A stretch of DNA of 64,000 nucleotides, taken from NCBI GenBank assembly GCA_001724265.1, contig MEDY01000001.1:1-64000 (forward strand), written 5' to 3'. Origin of the DNA: Rhizaria sp. SCN 62-66. Its lineage: Eukaryota. Made by a program: the position numbers and the translations under genes. Under the pieces are notes generated by a model. The model did not search any database, was not told the DNA's origin, and saw only the letters and a list, made by a program, of their open reading frames with translations. Of this stretch, positions 11,101-22,574 are shown in pieces. Every line of letters starts with the position of its first letter. The first letter of the stretch is position 1.

Positions 11101-13627
11101 CGTGCTCGCCATGAACGCCTCTTCCCTCGCGTACGGCCTCCGCATCCCGGGCGACAAGACGATGCTGCTGTCGCCCACGCCCGCGGCGCGCCACGCCATG
11201 CACCCGGGCGTGATCGCACTCCAGTCGCGTCTGCTGCAGGCCGTTGTGGAGACCGAGACGGACGTCGCATACACGCACGAGATCATCCACCCCACGGCCG
11301 AGCTCTCGGCACTTGCGCGCGCGTCGGTGACGTCGATACTCGCCACGGCCGTCGCCGAGCCGCTCACGGGTGCGCACGCCATTTCGCTCAACGCGGCGCT
11401 CGAGCGCGGGCTGAACATCGCCGCTGAGGAGGCGCTGCTGAGCAAGGGCGTGTCGGCCACCGCGGTCGACTACGTCTTCGCGCCGTCGGAGCAGCAGCTC
11501 ATCGACGCCGCCGCGGCTGGCCGCGACCTGACGTCCTTCACGGGCGCGCACGACGTCTACGACGTGGTGGAGGCGCGGCGCGAAGTGACGGAACTGGTGC
11601 AGGCCTTCTTCATGCCCGACGCCGACACGGGCTCCGCCACGGCGTCCTACTCGCCGCTCAACTTCTCCTCCGTCGTGCTGGCTGACGGGCAGAGCCGCGA
11701 GGAAGACACGGTTGCAGCCGACTGGGGCGGCGCCATCTACTGGTCGCGCTCCGGTCTGCCGCGCCGCTGCCTGCCCGCGCAGTGCGTGCCGATCTGCGCG
11801 CTGACCGAGATCCGCGTGACAAACTCGACACTGACACTGTCATCGCCCGTGCTGCGCGGCCGCTGCTTCCAGGGTGTGCTGCGCCTCACGTCGCAGGACC
11901 ACATTGCGCTCGCCGCCTTTGCGCGCGCCGTCACGGACCGCTGGCAGCGCGTGCCGGCTAACGTCAAGGCGCGCGCCGTGCTGCTCGCGTCGGATGGCAC
12001 GCTCCAGCGCTACGCCGCCGAGGCCGCGACGCTGGCGTACTCACTCGCCACCGGCAACGCCGGCTCCGCGGCCACGTTCGGCAACGTCGACCCTAACGAC
12101 GTGTTTGACGGCCAGGGCACCTCGGCGCTGGTGCGCGCCGCGACGGGCAAGGAGGCCGGCACAGTGTCGCTGGACCTCGTCGACGACGATGCCACTGCGG
12201 CGGACCCCGCGGACGCGGAGGAGCGCCGGCGCAAGATCGCTGAGGCCGACGCCGAGGTGAAGCTGTCTCCGTCGACCGCCGAGGCGGGCTCCGTGTTTGC
12301 CGTGTCTGCTCTCGACGGCGTCCCCAAGCCCGGGCAGCTGGTCAGCTCGGTGGTGCTGGACGCGCTCTTCACGGGGCTGTACCGCCCCGAGTTCCCATTC
12401 GGCCCGCCCACGGGCGAGAAGGACCCCGTGGCGCCTGCGCTCGAGGACGACCTGTCTGCGGGCGCCGACGCCGACGACGCCGCGCTGGCGCTGGCGCTGG
12501 AGCGCGAGGCGCGTGCGCGCTGGGATGCCGCACAGGCCGCGCTCGAGGCGCAGCGCGCGGCGATGCTGGCTGACAAGCTGCGGCGCGACCGCGAGGCTGC
12601 GATGGCGGCCGTCGAGTCCGAGTCCGAGGAGGACGAGGACGAGTACGAGTGGGTCGCCGAGGACGAGGAATTCGTCGTCGAGGAGGAGGACGAGGACGAG
12701 GAGGAGGACCAGGAGGACATTTGGGAGCAGATTGCCCGTCGTGCTGAGGCTGCCAAGCGTCGTGTTCACGAGCGCGCGCGCCAGCAGCTGGCCGATGTCG
12801 TCGCTGCCGCCAGCCGCGGCGAGCTCATGCCGCTGCCCAAGGTCGTGCCCTCCGCCACTGCCACCGCTGCTGGCGACGCCAACGCGTCTGCTGCACCTGC
12901 GGTCGCCGGTCCCGAGGACGCCGAGCGCGCGCGCTCGCCTGCGCCCGCGTCCGTCACCCCTGCCGCACCCGAGGAGGGCGCTCCCGCTTCCTCCGCGGCG
13001 ACGGCGACGACGACGGCATCCGCGCCCGCCTCCACACCCGCGTCCGCGCGCCAGTCGCGCCGGTCGTCGCTGGCGGGCATCACGGCGGCGACGACTGTGC
13101 CGGCCGTTAAGGTGGACGAGCACGCCGGCGCCATCTCGGTGCCCACGACGGTGTATCGCGACGCCTGGCAGATCGGACTGCTCGAGGCCGAGGAAGAGGA
13201 GAAGGTGCTCGAGGCCATGCTCAACAAGGCCCGCCGCGCGCGTCTCGCCGCGCAGGCGCGCGTCGCTGCTATGCAGGAGGCGCAGGCCGCCGAGCTCGCG
13301 CGCCAGGAGGCCGCGCGTAAGGCCGCTGAGGAGGCCGCGCGCCTCGCCAAGGCCGAGGCCGCCGCCGCGCGGGCCGCCGCGCGGGCCGCCGCGCGCGCCG
13401 CTGCGGGTTTTGATGGCGAAGAGGACGAGGACGAGGACGAGTACGAGGAGGAGGACGATGACGCTGACAACGAGGAGCAGGAGGTCGGCCACATTGACGC
13501 CACCGCCGACGCTACCGCTGATGCCACCGCTGAAGTCTCCACCGTTTCCGCCTCGGGCGCCACCGCCTCCGCCAGTGGTGTCGCTGGCTCCGCGTCGGCT
13601 TCTGCGGCAGACTCGCGCAACGAGTAA
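5138..13627 (+). CDS. Large tandem PH-like domain protein with acidic/coiled-coil C-terminus, 2829 aa, with an in-frame TAG at codon 42
   Basis: The ORF track starts at a GTG (5351), but the frame extends to an ATG at 5138 (MSDDSLPDMEVEELRQHSRTPSQSRG...GSAH*SYGDG). TAG at 5261-5263. Repeated PLC/Mcp5-type PH-like signatures (GKQTxxF at 7238, 9332, 10961; CCFSI...LDMCAPSPHLLRTWVHAI). Strong C/G third-position bias; ends in TAA. Confidence 0.8.
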
Positions 13628-13947
13628 GCAAGCGCAACCGTTCAAGCAATCATGAGTAAAGTAGATTCTAGTTTTATTAATTTCTGTAACGCTTATAACA
13701 ACAAGTACACCTACGTTTTTGCACATTTTTTTTTTTGCGTTTCTATTTGCCTGTAACCACTAGTCAGTTCTCAAGTCAACTGATCGGAGTTTCCGTCTCA
13801 AGTGAAGCAATACACCAACATAATTATCAACTAGTTTACTTTAACTATGAAGATGATTTATTCTTATTGATAAAAACATGGAGGAAATCCTGTTCTTTGT
13901 GGATACGTTTATGCTATGTAAAAAAATGTCGTTACGTGCTCTGTAAC

Positions 13948-16900
13948 TTAGTGTTGAAAGTGGCATTTCGGATTCGTGCAGTTGGCACCGTTGCGACACG
14001 GCCGGTTAAGTTTGAGCAGCCCAGACCGTTCTTGACTTTGTCCAGCACCGCCGAATACACTGATGCCAGCGCCCGTACCGCCACCAAATGCGCCCATATC
14101 AGCCCCAGATGATCCGGCGAAGGGACCGCCGAACGAGCCTCCAGAAGCGCCGCCACGGCCGCCACGGCCACCGCGACTGCCACCACGGCCGCCGCGCATG
14201 CTCGTCCCCGCGCCCGCGCCGCCGTCGCCGGGCGCGCGGTCAGGGTGGAAGAACTTGCAGTCGTCGCCGCGGGTACAGCTGGCGCCGAAGCGGCACACCG
14301 GGTGCTCGTAGGGGCAGCTCGCGCCGCGTGTGCAGTTGGGAAGGAAACGACACTTGGTTCCTGCCACGCCGCCGGCGCCGCCGTTGCCCCCAGCGGCGTC
14401 GTTCTCGCCCATGCCCGCGCCACCGAAGGCCGAGGAAGCGCCGATGTTGCCACCGAAAGCAGACGGTACACCGCCAAACGCTGTCTGCGCAGCGCCATAT
14501 GCGGTGGGCGCAGCACCAAACGCGGGTTGCGCGGTGCCAAATGCAGTTTGCGCGGTGCCGAACGCTGCCTGTGCAGTGCCAAAGGCCGAAGGCGCGGGTT
14601 CACCCATTGCGACGCTGCCGCTGTAGGCGGAGTGCTTGGAGCCTCCAAACGCCGTCTTCGGCGCGCCGAATGCTGAAGACGGAGCTCCGAAGCTAGCTGC
14701 AGCACCCTTGCCGAAACTCTGCCCCTGTCCGCCAAAACTGCTCGCAGCGGGCGGCGGCTTCTGCGCCCTGGGGAACGCAGAGGCTTGCGCAGGGAACCCG
14801 GTGGGCGCAGGCGCTATGGGCGCTGCGGGGCCCCACGCTGCGGCGGGTTGCGCGGTTGGCTGCTGTTGCCAGGTGGCGCTCATGGGTGCGGCCGCCACAG
14901 CCGGTTGCGGCAGAGCGGGCGAGCCCATGGGAAAGCCAGTCTGTTGCTGCATCTGCTGCGCGGTGCTGTTGTGCACCGGTTGCGCCGCAAACGGCTGCTG
15001 CGCCCCGATGTGAGCGTGCACCTGCGCATGCGTCTGCGCCTGTGCCTGCGACAGAGGGAAGCGCGGCTTGAGTCCCTGCGCAGGCGCGGGCGCGGGCGCC
15101 AGTGCGGGCTTCGTGAGGCGCGCCTGGACGGGGAGGTCGGCCCCCATGTCGACGTCGCGGCCCGCCGCGCTGCCGAAAGCCGACGAGGCGGCACCCGGCG
15201 CAGCAGCGGGGCGGCCCGGCCGCGACTGCTGCTGAGGCTGCTGCTGCTGCTGATGTTGCTGATGATGTGACCGATGCTGTTGCGGATCGGAATCGTACTC
15301 CGAGCGCTGCAGGCCGCCGCGGCCTGGGCCGCGGCCGCGCTCGCCACCGGCTGCACTGCCACGTTCACTGCCACGCTCGATGCCGCCGCCGCGCCTGAGC
15401 TCGCCGCGACCCGCAGGTGTGGGTGTTGATAATCCATCAATAACGTCTGCGGGATTATCATTCGCATGGATGGCCGGTCCAGCAGCGCTGTCACCGTCGG
15501 CCACAGCAGCTTGCGCGCGCTTCGTAACGACCGTGCGTCGCTTCGCCGCAGGCGCAGCGTCGGTGACGTCGGAGCCAGCGCTGCCATCAGCAGTATCAGT
15601 AGCACGCTCGCGTTCACGCTTCTTGGCCTCAGCGGCGGCCGCAGCCTGCGCCTCCTTCTCCGCCGTCTCGGCGGCCGCGGCTGCAGCGGCGGCGGCGGCG
15701 CGGGCGACCTCGAAGCTCTCTCGATCGCGTGCCTCCCGCTCCGCGCGCAGCTGGGCCTCGCGCGCGCGTCGCTGCTGCTCGTGCTCGCGTGCAGTCTGCT
15801 CGCGCTGCGCACGCACACGCTCAACGCGCTCCCGCTGCCGCCGCTCGCGCTCGGCGATGCGCGGCTTGACCACGCGGTCCCACTCAGCCTCGGCCGCGCG
15901 GAGCTCGCCATGGCGACGCTCCAGCGCGGCGAGCAGGCCGTCGACCAGGGCGCGCGTGGCGGCGTCGTCGCCCGTCACGCAGAAGTCGCCCAGACTCGCG
16001 ACGAGGGCATTGGCGCCCAACCCCTGCGCCAGTGCAAGCCGCAAGTACGCCAGGAAGCACTCGCGCACGGGGGCTTCGGTCGAGTGGGGCGCTAGAGAGC
16101 GCTCGACCAGGGCCGAGGCTTGGACCTGCGAGAGGGAGGTAAGCCCCACCAGCGCCACCGGGCCCTCGGGCACCGTCGGCCGTGGCGGCAGCGGCTCTGT
16201 GTCGATCTCGGCGCCGGCGTCGTCGCCGGCGCCGTTGCTGTTTGAGGCCGTGGCCGCCGTTGCGGGGACAAACGCCAAGCCGCGGGCGGCGGCAGTGAAC
16301 GGCGCTGGCACGGCAGCGGCGGCGGCAGATACAGCGGGGGCTCTCTGCGCATTCGCCGCAGGCGCTGGCGATGTGGACGCGAAGAGCGCCCTGGGCTGCA
16401 CCGACACAGCCGCGGACAAGGGCGCGGGCGCGTGCGGGCGCGCCACAGGCATCGCCGCTGCTGAAGCAGCACTTGCCTCGAACTGCGCAAAGGCGTTAGA
16501 GTTGGTGTTAGCGTCGCTACCGTCGTCCTCTTCGTCAAACATGCCACCCGCTCCCGAAACACCGAGTGCAGCAGTGTTGCCGTGCAAAGCGTAGCTGTGG
16601 GCGGAAGGCTCGTGCCACGAGTCGGTCATGGAGCTGACCGCAGCCAGGCTCGTCGCTGCGCCGAACCCGCTCTGCGCAGCAAAGGCGCCGAGTGACTGCA
16701 CGCCGAAGTTGAAGCCTGGCTGCGCGCCGCCGCTGCTCCGCACTCCGAAGGCTTGTGCGTTGTCATCAAAGCTGCCCGACGCAGTGCCCGGCACGGCGGT
16801 GTTGAAGCCGAACGCGGACGGCTGTTGCTGACCGCCGGGCCAGGCGCCGCCGGACGCAGCGGCGGCGGCAGGCGCACCATGGGGATTGCGAGGGCCGCGC

Positions 16901-17772
16901 TGCTGCTGCTGTTGTTGTTGATGCTGCGGCTGCTGCTGCTGATGATGCTGATGCTGCTGCTTGCCGTGGTGCTGCCCATAATGCGTCTGTCCGCCCTGGG
17001 CTTGGAAACCGTTCTGTGCCTGCGCGCGCGCTTGGTAGCCTCCCTGCTTGCCACCGGGATGCTGTTGTTGCTGTTGCTGCTGCGGCTGCGGCTTGCCGCG
17101 GGGGCCACGCGCGTTGGCATCATTGCCGCTGAATTGCGGTGTCGCGCCAAAAGCAGAGCCAGCACGACCAGTGGCCCCAGCGCCGCCGCCGAATGCGCTG
17201 GCCACGGCTCCCGCGGCGCCACCACCGAAAGCACCGGAACCACCGTTGCTGGAGTTGCCGAAGTTGCCGAAGGCGTTGTTGTTGCCGTGCTGCTGGCGCG
17301 GCCCGGCGCCGCGCGGGTTAGAGCCTGCAGTAACGGGGCGTTGTTGAGCGCCCGCACCGGGCTGGCGCTGCCACGCCTGACCCCCCTGCTGGGCCTGGCC
17401 CATTTGGCCTCCGAACTGCTGCTGCTGTTGCTGCTGGTGCGGGAACTGGCTCTGTTGCGCACCAGCGGATCTACCAAAGGCGGTGGCGGGCCCGCGGGCC
17501 TGCGGAGTCTGACTGCGCGAGCGCGCGCCATCGGATTGCATGTTGCCAGCGTTGGGCGCTATCCGGCCGCCGCGGGCGTTGGCGTTGGCGGCGCCAGCGG
17601 GGCTAAACGCGCCGAAAGATGAGGAGCCGCCATGTGTGGGGCCGGACTGATGCGGGTTAGTCCTGCCGCGACCGGACAAGGACCGCATGCCACCGGACTG
17701 ACCGCCACCGTGCCCGGCTCCTCCTTGGTTAGAACCTTGAGGCCGGGGTCCACCCGACGTGCGCTGAGACAT
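13948..17772 (-). CDS. Nab2/ZC3H14-like CCCH zinc-finger protein with PWI-like domain, RGG box, Q-rich and FG-repeat regions, 1274 aa
   Basis: Three C-terminal CCCH fingers (CRFLPNCTRGASCPYEH, CRFGASCTRGDDCKFFH, CRNGANCTNPKCHFQH; C-x5-C-x4/5-C-x3-H spacing as in Nab2-type fingers). RGGRGGSRGGRGGRGG box. Helical PWI-like segment at about 15910-16130 followed by a coiled coil. Many xAFG/SFG repeats. Confidence 0.75.
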   Translation of the reverse strand: MSQRTSGGPRPQGSNQGGAGHGGGQSGGMRSLSGRGRTNPHQSGPTHGGSSSFGAFSPAGAANANARGGRIAPNAGNMQSDGARSRSQTPQARGPATAFGRSAGAQQSQFPHQQQQQQQFGGQMGQAQQGGQAWQRQPGAGAQQRPVTAGSNPRGAGPRQQHGNNNAFGNFGNSSNGGSGAFGGGAAGAVASAFGGGAGATGRAGSAFGATPQFSGNDANARGPRGKPQPQQQQQQQHPGGKQGGYQARAQAQNGFQAQGGQTHYGQHHGKQQHQHHQQQQPQHQQQQQQQRGPRNPHGAPAAAAASGGAWPGGQQQPSAFGFNTAVPGTASGSFDDNAQAFGVRSSGGAQPGFNFGVQSLGAFAAQSGFGAATSLAAVSSMTDSWHEPSAHSYALHGNTAALGVSGAGGMFDEEDDGSDANTNSNAFAQFEASAASAAAMPVARPHAPAPLSAAVSVQPRALFASTSPAPAANAQRAPAVSAAAAAVPAPFTAAARGLAFVPATAATASNSNGAGDDAGAEIDTEPLPPRPTVPEGPVALVGLTSLSQVQASALVERSLAPHSTEAPVRECFLAYLRLALAQGLGANALVASLGDFCVTGDDAATRALVDGLLAALERRHGELRAAEAEWDRVVKPRIAERERRQRERVERVRAQREQTAREHEQQRRAREAQLRAEREARDRESFEVARAAAAAAAAAAETAEKEAQAAAAAEAKKRERERATDTADGSAGSDVTDAAPAAKRRTVVTKRAQAAVADGDSAAGPAIHANDNPADVIDGLSTPTPAGRGELRRGGGIERGSERGSAAGGERGRGPGRGGLQRSEYDSDPQQHRSHHQQHQQQQQPQQQSRPGRPAAAPGAASSAFGSAAGRDVDMGADLPVQARLTKPALAPAPAPAQGLKPRFPLSQAQAQTHAQVHAHIGAQQPFAAQPVHNSTAQQMQQQTGFPMGSPALPQPAVAAAPMSATWQQQPTAQPAAAWGPAAPIAPAPTGFPAQASAFPRAQKPPPAASSFGGQGQSFGKGAAASFGAPSSAFGAPKTAFGGSKHSAYSGSVAMGEPAPSAFGTAQAAFGTAQTAFGTAQPAFGAAPTAYGAAQTAFGGVPSAFGGNIGASSAFGGAGMGENDAAGGNGGAGGVAGTKCRFLPNCTRGASCPYEHPVCRFGASCTRGDDCKFFHPDRAPGDGGAGAGTSMRGGRGGSRGGRGGRGGASGGSFGGPFAGSSGADMGAFGGGTGAGISVFGGAGQSQERSGLLKLNRPCRNGANCTNPKCHFQH
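14420..14745 (-). repeat. Coding FG-repeat array with ~21-bp (7-aa) period
   Basis: SAFGTAQAAFGTAQTAFGTAQPAFGAAPTAYGAAQTAFGGVPSAFGG, preceded by SSFGG/QSFGK/ASFGAPSSAFGAPKTAFGG. Confidence 0.85.
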
Positions 17773-18403
17773 GGGCGCTGACTAGAGCCTGGTGGTGTCG
17801 GTTTTGAAGCGGTCTGTGTTGACATTGCCAACATGATTTTTTAAATGCCAGTAATATAAAAGTAGTTTAACGTGAGTTGATTGTTCGAATGCGCGCTCGG
17901 ATTTCAATTTGACGAACGTTTAATGCGGGTTTCGCTAATTTCCACGAAGTGCGTTTGGTATGTGGTTGGTGGCGCCTCGCGGTGGAGCAAAATCCAAGCA
18001 TTAGCGGGTTCATAGATCTACCGTGTATCATCCGATGAATCAGAGACGAATTATACTTTCAGTAAGGCACTGTACTCACAGTTAATATTTTATTTTAGAA
18101 CGTTCCGATCTCGCCGTCATCCTGAGTTTCGCAGGCCTTGCGTGAGCCTAGTTTCTGAGTCATCTCGCGCGAACGTTATCACTATCACCTTTGACGCACA
18201 CGTCGCTCATTTTTATCACCTCACGGACACATGCACCGTCTCGCCCCTCTCTGCTATTTAGCCTACTTACCACCAGACCTAATCTCAAGAGCTACGAGAG
18301 CCACCCGTCGGACTTCATCACACTCACTTCGTTGCTGCATCGCCGTCGTCGCCACCCTCTTCTTTTCGTCAGTGCTGTTTCAGCAACTCCCCCTGTTTCT
18401 GCG
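17773..18403. promoter_or_regulatory. Putative bidirectional promoter between the Nab2-like gene and poly(A) polymerase
   Basis: About 630-bp spacer between divergent ATGs, with an AT-rich core and a pyrimidine-rich leader toward the PAP gene. Confidence 0.5.
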
Positions 18404-20783
18404 ATGTCTATCCTTATGAAGTCCACGCATGATTCTGGGTACGTTTGCAGCCGCGTTTCCTTCTGTTATATCTCTTCATACCACAAAACGAACTCAACTC
18501 ATGTAACCTACCCCGTATTCTTCGTATTTTACATCATCACACACAGGACGCGGAGGCAGTGGGGCGTGTCCCCGCCCGTGTCCGAGGCGCCCTCGACGGC
18601 GCATGACCGCGCGCTTACGGACGAAATGGTACAGCTGCTGCGCGACAACGGCCGCTTCGAGTCCGAGGCAGAGACCGCGCTGCGCGTCAACGCAATTCGC
18701 GGCATCCAGGACCTCGTGCAGGAGTGGGTCCAAGACTGCTGTAAAGCGCTTAACTACGCTGAAGACATGCGCAGGAACATCCGCGCACGGGTACGCGCAA
18801 TAAATTTAACCGAAATATCTTACGACAACGTATCTCCATCTGCGTACTAATTCATTTTACCACTCTCTGTTGTCCCTTTTTGCGCAGATGTACACGATCG
18901 GCTCGTTCCGGCTGGGCGTCAACGCCGCGGGCGGCGACGTGGACATGGTCGTGGTGACGCCGCGCTGCATTACCCGCGACATGTTCTTCACGGCTATGCT
19001 CGCCAAGCTCCGCGGGTGCCCTCGCGTCACCGAGCTCAACCCCGTGCCGAACACCTACGTCCCCGTGATCAAGTTCTACTTCGACGGCGTGGATATCGAC
19101 CTTCTATTTGCGCAAGTCGCGCTTAATATTATCCCCAATGACTTCAACATCCGCGACGACTCGGTGCTGACGTCCATCGACGAGGCCTCCCAGCGCTCGA
19201 TGAACGGCGCCCGCGTCAACGACGGTATCCTCGAGCTCGTGCCCAACCGCGAAGCCTTCCGCACCACGCTGCGCTTCATCAAATTCTGGGCCAAGCGCCG
19301 CGGCATCTACTCGAACGTCTTCGGCTACCCGGGTGGTGTCGCCTGGGCCATCATGACCGCCCGCGTGTGTCAGCTCTTCCCCAACCTCGACGGCGCCGTG
19401 CTTGTGCAAAAGTTTTTTCTGACGTACCGCGTGTGGTCGTGGCCCAAGGCGGTGGACCTCACTCCGCGCGTAGTCCGCGCCGACCTGCGGCTGGCGATCT
19501 GGGACGAAAAGCGCTCACAGGGCGACCTGATGCCCGTCATCACGCCCGCGTACCCGTGCATGAACAGCACGTTCAACATCACCGTGTCGACGAAGCGTGT
19601 GCTGGAGCAGGAGCTCGCGCGCGGCGAGGAGCTCTCCCGCGCGATCGGCCCCACGCTTGCGGTGTCGGAGGCGCGGGCCCTGTTCGAGCGCATCGCCACG
19701 CCGACAGACTTCTACTCGCGGTACAAACACTACCTGGATGTGACGGTGTCGGCGGACTCGGCCGTGGAGATGTCGACGTGGCAGGGCTTCTGCGAGTCCC
19801 GCATGCGCACGCTCGTGGCGCTGCTGCAGAACAAAAACCCCGCTGGCGGCGAGGCCACGACGTTCCTCCGCGTGCACCCGCACCCGGTGCCGATCGAGGG
19901 CTCATCGCCGCAGGAGCTGCACTACTACTTCGGGATTGCGTTCGACGCGGCCAAGGCGCCACTGCCCGCGGGCGCGCCGACGGGCACGAAGCCGACGCTG
20001 GACATCGGGGCAGATATTGCGCAATTCACCGCGACGCTGATGAAGGACGACAAGATTTGCAAGGGCGGGATGAAGATCGCGGTTGACTTCCTTCGCGCGG
20101 CGCAGCTGCCAGACACGGCGTTCCCGGCGGGCCGGCCTGTCGCGCCAGCCAAGAAGACCGTCAAGAAGGCCAAGACTGCCGCAGCCGCCGCTGTGGCCGC
20201 TGTGGCTGCAACCTGCGCGGACGGCGCTGCAACCGAGGCTGACGTGCAACTGCCCGCGCCCGCGCCCGCGATTCCGCCTGCGGCTGTAGCTGCAACCCCG
20301 CCTGCGCCCATGGCGACTGCGCCCTTGGTGGCTGTGTCCAGTGCGCCCGTGGCTGCGACCGTGACTGCCAACTCGGCGCCCGTCGTCGCTGCTGCCGCTG
20401 CTGCTGCTGCTGATGCTGCTGTTGCTGCTGGTGCTGATGCCGCTCATGCTGCTGTGACTGTCGCCGCCGCCGCTGCAGAGGACGCTAGTGTCCCGCGGAC
20501 TGAGAGCGCTGTCACTGGCGCTGCCGGTGGCCCCGGCGTTGTCGCTGACGCGAATGCTGGCGCTGAGGCGGGCTCTGACGGCGTTATCACAACAGGGACT
20601 CGCGTGGCGCCGATGGTCATTACACAGGCTGCGATCGCGGCGGCCGCGGCGGCGGATATGGTCGCGCCCACGCCCGTGGCCGACGTTGTCGCCGCGGGCC
20701 CGCCCGCGCAACAGCAGCTCAGTGCGACTGAGGCCGAGACTGCAGTTGAGACTGCAGTCGCGACTGCGACGAGCGCCATTTGA
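18404..20783 (+). CDS. PAP1: Canonical nuclear poly(A) polymerase, 724 aa; exons 18404-18438, 18547-18790, 18888-20783
   Basis: WGVSPPVS N-terminus, GSFRLGV and GDVD nucleotidyltransferase motif, VPVIKFYFDGVDIDLLFA, SMNGARVND, WAKRRGIYSNVFGYPGGVAWA, MPVITPAYPCMNSTFNIT. Splicing of two GT-AG introns restores one frame. Ala-rich low-complexity tail; ends in TGA. Confidence 0.95.
18439..18546 (+). other. Spliceosomal intron 1 of PAP (108 nt)
   Basis: GG|GTACGT ... ACACAG|G; AT/pyrimidine-rich interior. Confidence 0.8.
18791..18887 (+). other. Spliceosomal intron 2 of PAP (97 nt)
   Basis: CGG|GTACGC, branch-like TACTAAT at 18845, pyrimidine tract, GCGCAG|ATG. Joins IRAR to MYTIGSFRLGV in frame. 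Confidence 0.92.
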
Positions 20784-21484
20784 GCGCGCGACTCCTTCGG
20801 CCGCTGGGTTGTAGGGGTATTTATATGTGATATAAGTGTATGTACGTTACTATTTAGGCATATCACGCCGATTTTGCATGATATACGCTTTTGTGATATC
20901 GTTTTCGGGCCACATTATGCGTGTAAAGCTGTGTGCGCAACAAAGCCCGTGTCATTTTTTTGAATGACGATTTCCTTAAATCAATGATTACACTTCAAAA
21001 TCTTGCAGAATTAACATTTATAATGCGCATTTTCTGCTGTCTAAAAAATAGCATGCCAATAAAAACATCATTTGAGTTTTAAAAGCACCATTATGTTACG
21101 TTAAATCCAGACAAAATGCAGATCGTGCTATTTTGTGGTGGCGCGTGGTCAACCGAAAAGTGCATCTGGCAGTTGACGACATCGCAAGTTTGCCACAGCT
21201 TTTACTCGTCGCTAGGAGCGTAATACGGTATTGCGTTTGATTTTACATTGTAATATTGGCACTTTAGAATCTGATTCTATTGCAAACAATGCATGAGCTG
21301 TGAATTTATCGCACTATATTCCTCGCGGTATCCTACCCTGCCAGTCGACGCGCTCACCCATAGCATTTGGCTGCCCTTGATTTGTGCGCATCGCTCCGTA
21401 GGTCTCCTCGCACCCGCTTTGGTAGATTAGCACACAGCTAGTGTACCTTAGTCCCCTCACGTACTCGCACTTTGCACACTGTTT

Positions 21485-22196
21485 ATGCAAGGTCGCAACA
21501 AGCACACCCGCTTCCCCTACGCGCTGCTGCTCATTGTTGTTCTCCACGTACGTCTTTAACCTTCGCCAGTGTGACCGCCCGACTTCATTCTCGTCGTAGA
21601 GCAGACCCAGACTGACAGCCCCACATTTTTGTTACTTTTTTGCACCCCTACAGTTCTTCGTCTACAGCGTTTGCTGCGTACACGCCCCCGCCCAGCAGTA
21701 CCTGATCCGCGAAAGCGCCAACCTCCGCCGCGTCGACCCCCAGTTCACTTCCTCCGTCGTCTCCAACACTCAGCCTCAGCCAGGACTTCCGAACCCAGGG
21801 GGCGCAGCCCCGCGAGGCTTCTCCTCGCACAACTCCGACTCATCTTCTTCCTCCTCGAACAACACCAGCAGCAGCAGCGGTAGCGGCGGCGGCGGAACCT
21901 CCTCAGCAGGCTCTTTCGCTTTCGTCCTCGCTTCCAGCGCAGCACTTCAGTCCTACTTCTGCGACCTCACCGAGCAGCAGCGGACCGAACGTAAGCGCTC
22001 CTCGCTTTTCTTCTCGCGCTCTCTCACCAAGGCCCTCTCTGGCGCTTCGTCGACCTCAGCGCTCCTCCGCTCCGCTCCGCCAACTAAGCCCGGTCCCGGC
22101 CCAGCGCACTCTTCCTCACTCTCACCAGCCGCGTTACAGTTCCTCGCGCGCATTGTCGAAGCTCTCCCCGCTTTTTCCCCCGTCTTTGCCTTCTAA
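21485..22196 (+). CDS. Spliced 201-aa ORF (putative uORF of the bZIP mRNA or small membrane/secreted protein); exons 21485-21547, 21654-22196
   Basis: Exon 1 MQGRNKHTRFPYALLLIVVLH, intron GTACGT...ACTGAC...CCCTACAG (106 nt), exon 2 continues in frame FFVYSVCCVHAPAQQYLIRESANLRRVDPQF...LPAFSPVFAF-TAA, 180 stop-free codons with many C-ending codons. Absent from the ORF track. Confidence 0.7.
21548..21653 (+). other. Spliceosomal intron (106 nt) in the upstream ORF
   Basis: Same GTACG donor as the other introns, CTGAC branch-like motif at about 21612, T-rich tract, CAG acceptor, phase 0. Confidence 0.75.
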
Positions 22197-22574
22197 AGCC
22201 AGCCCCCGCGCGCTTTAAAACCTTCAAGTCAGTCCCTTTCGCTCTCACCAGACCGACTGACCGACTTCCCTCCCCGCACCCCCCGCACACTCACACAGCT
22301 CTGCAGCACCCCACCCGCGGACCCAGCAACAGCGCCTCAGGTTTACCTAGCCCCGAGCCCGCCTACCTCTTGGTGCAAACAACTCCCTTCTTCACGCAAA
22401 GACACCAAACGACGAAAAAGCACTTGCACGCACAAGACACTTTTTTTCAGTCTCCTCCACAAACCACAACTACACCTACACCACCACTAGAAGCTTAATT
22501 TTCGTTTCAACGCTTCTTGTTTTCAAAACTTTTTTATTTTCTCTCTCTCAACGTCTCACTTCTCCGTCATCACC

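Noticed and set aside
17559-17834. Out-of-frame upstream ATG ORF overlapping the start of the Nab2-like gene
   Set aside because: The ATGs sit at the edge of the AT-rich promoter and may precede the TSS; no independent support.
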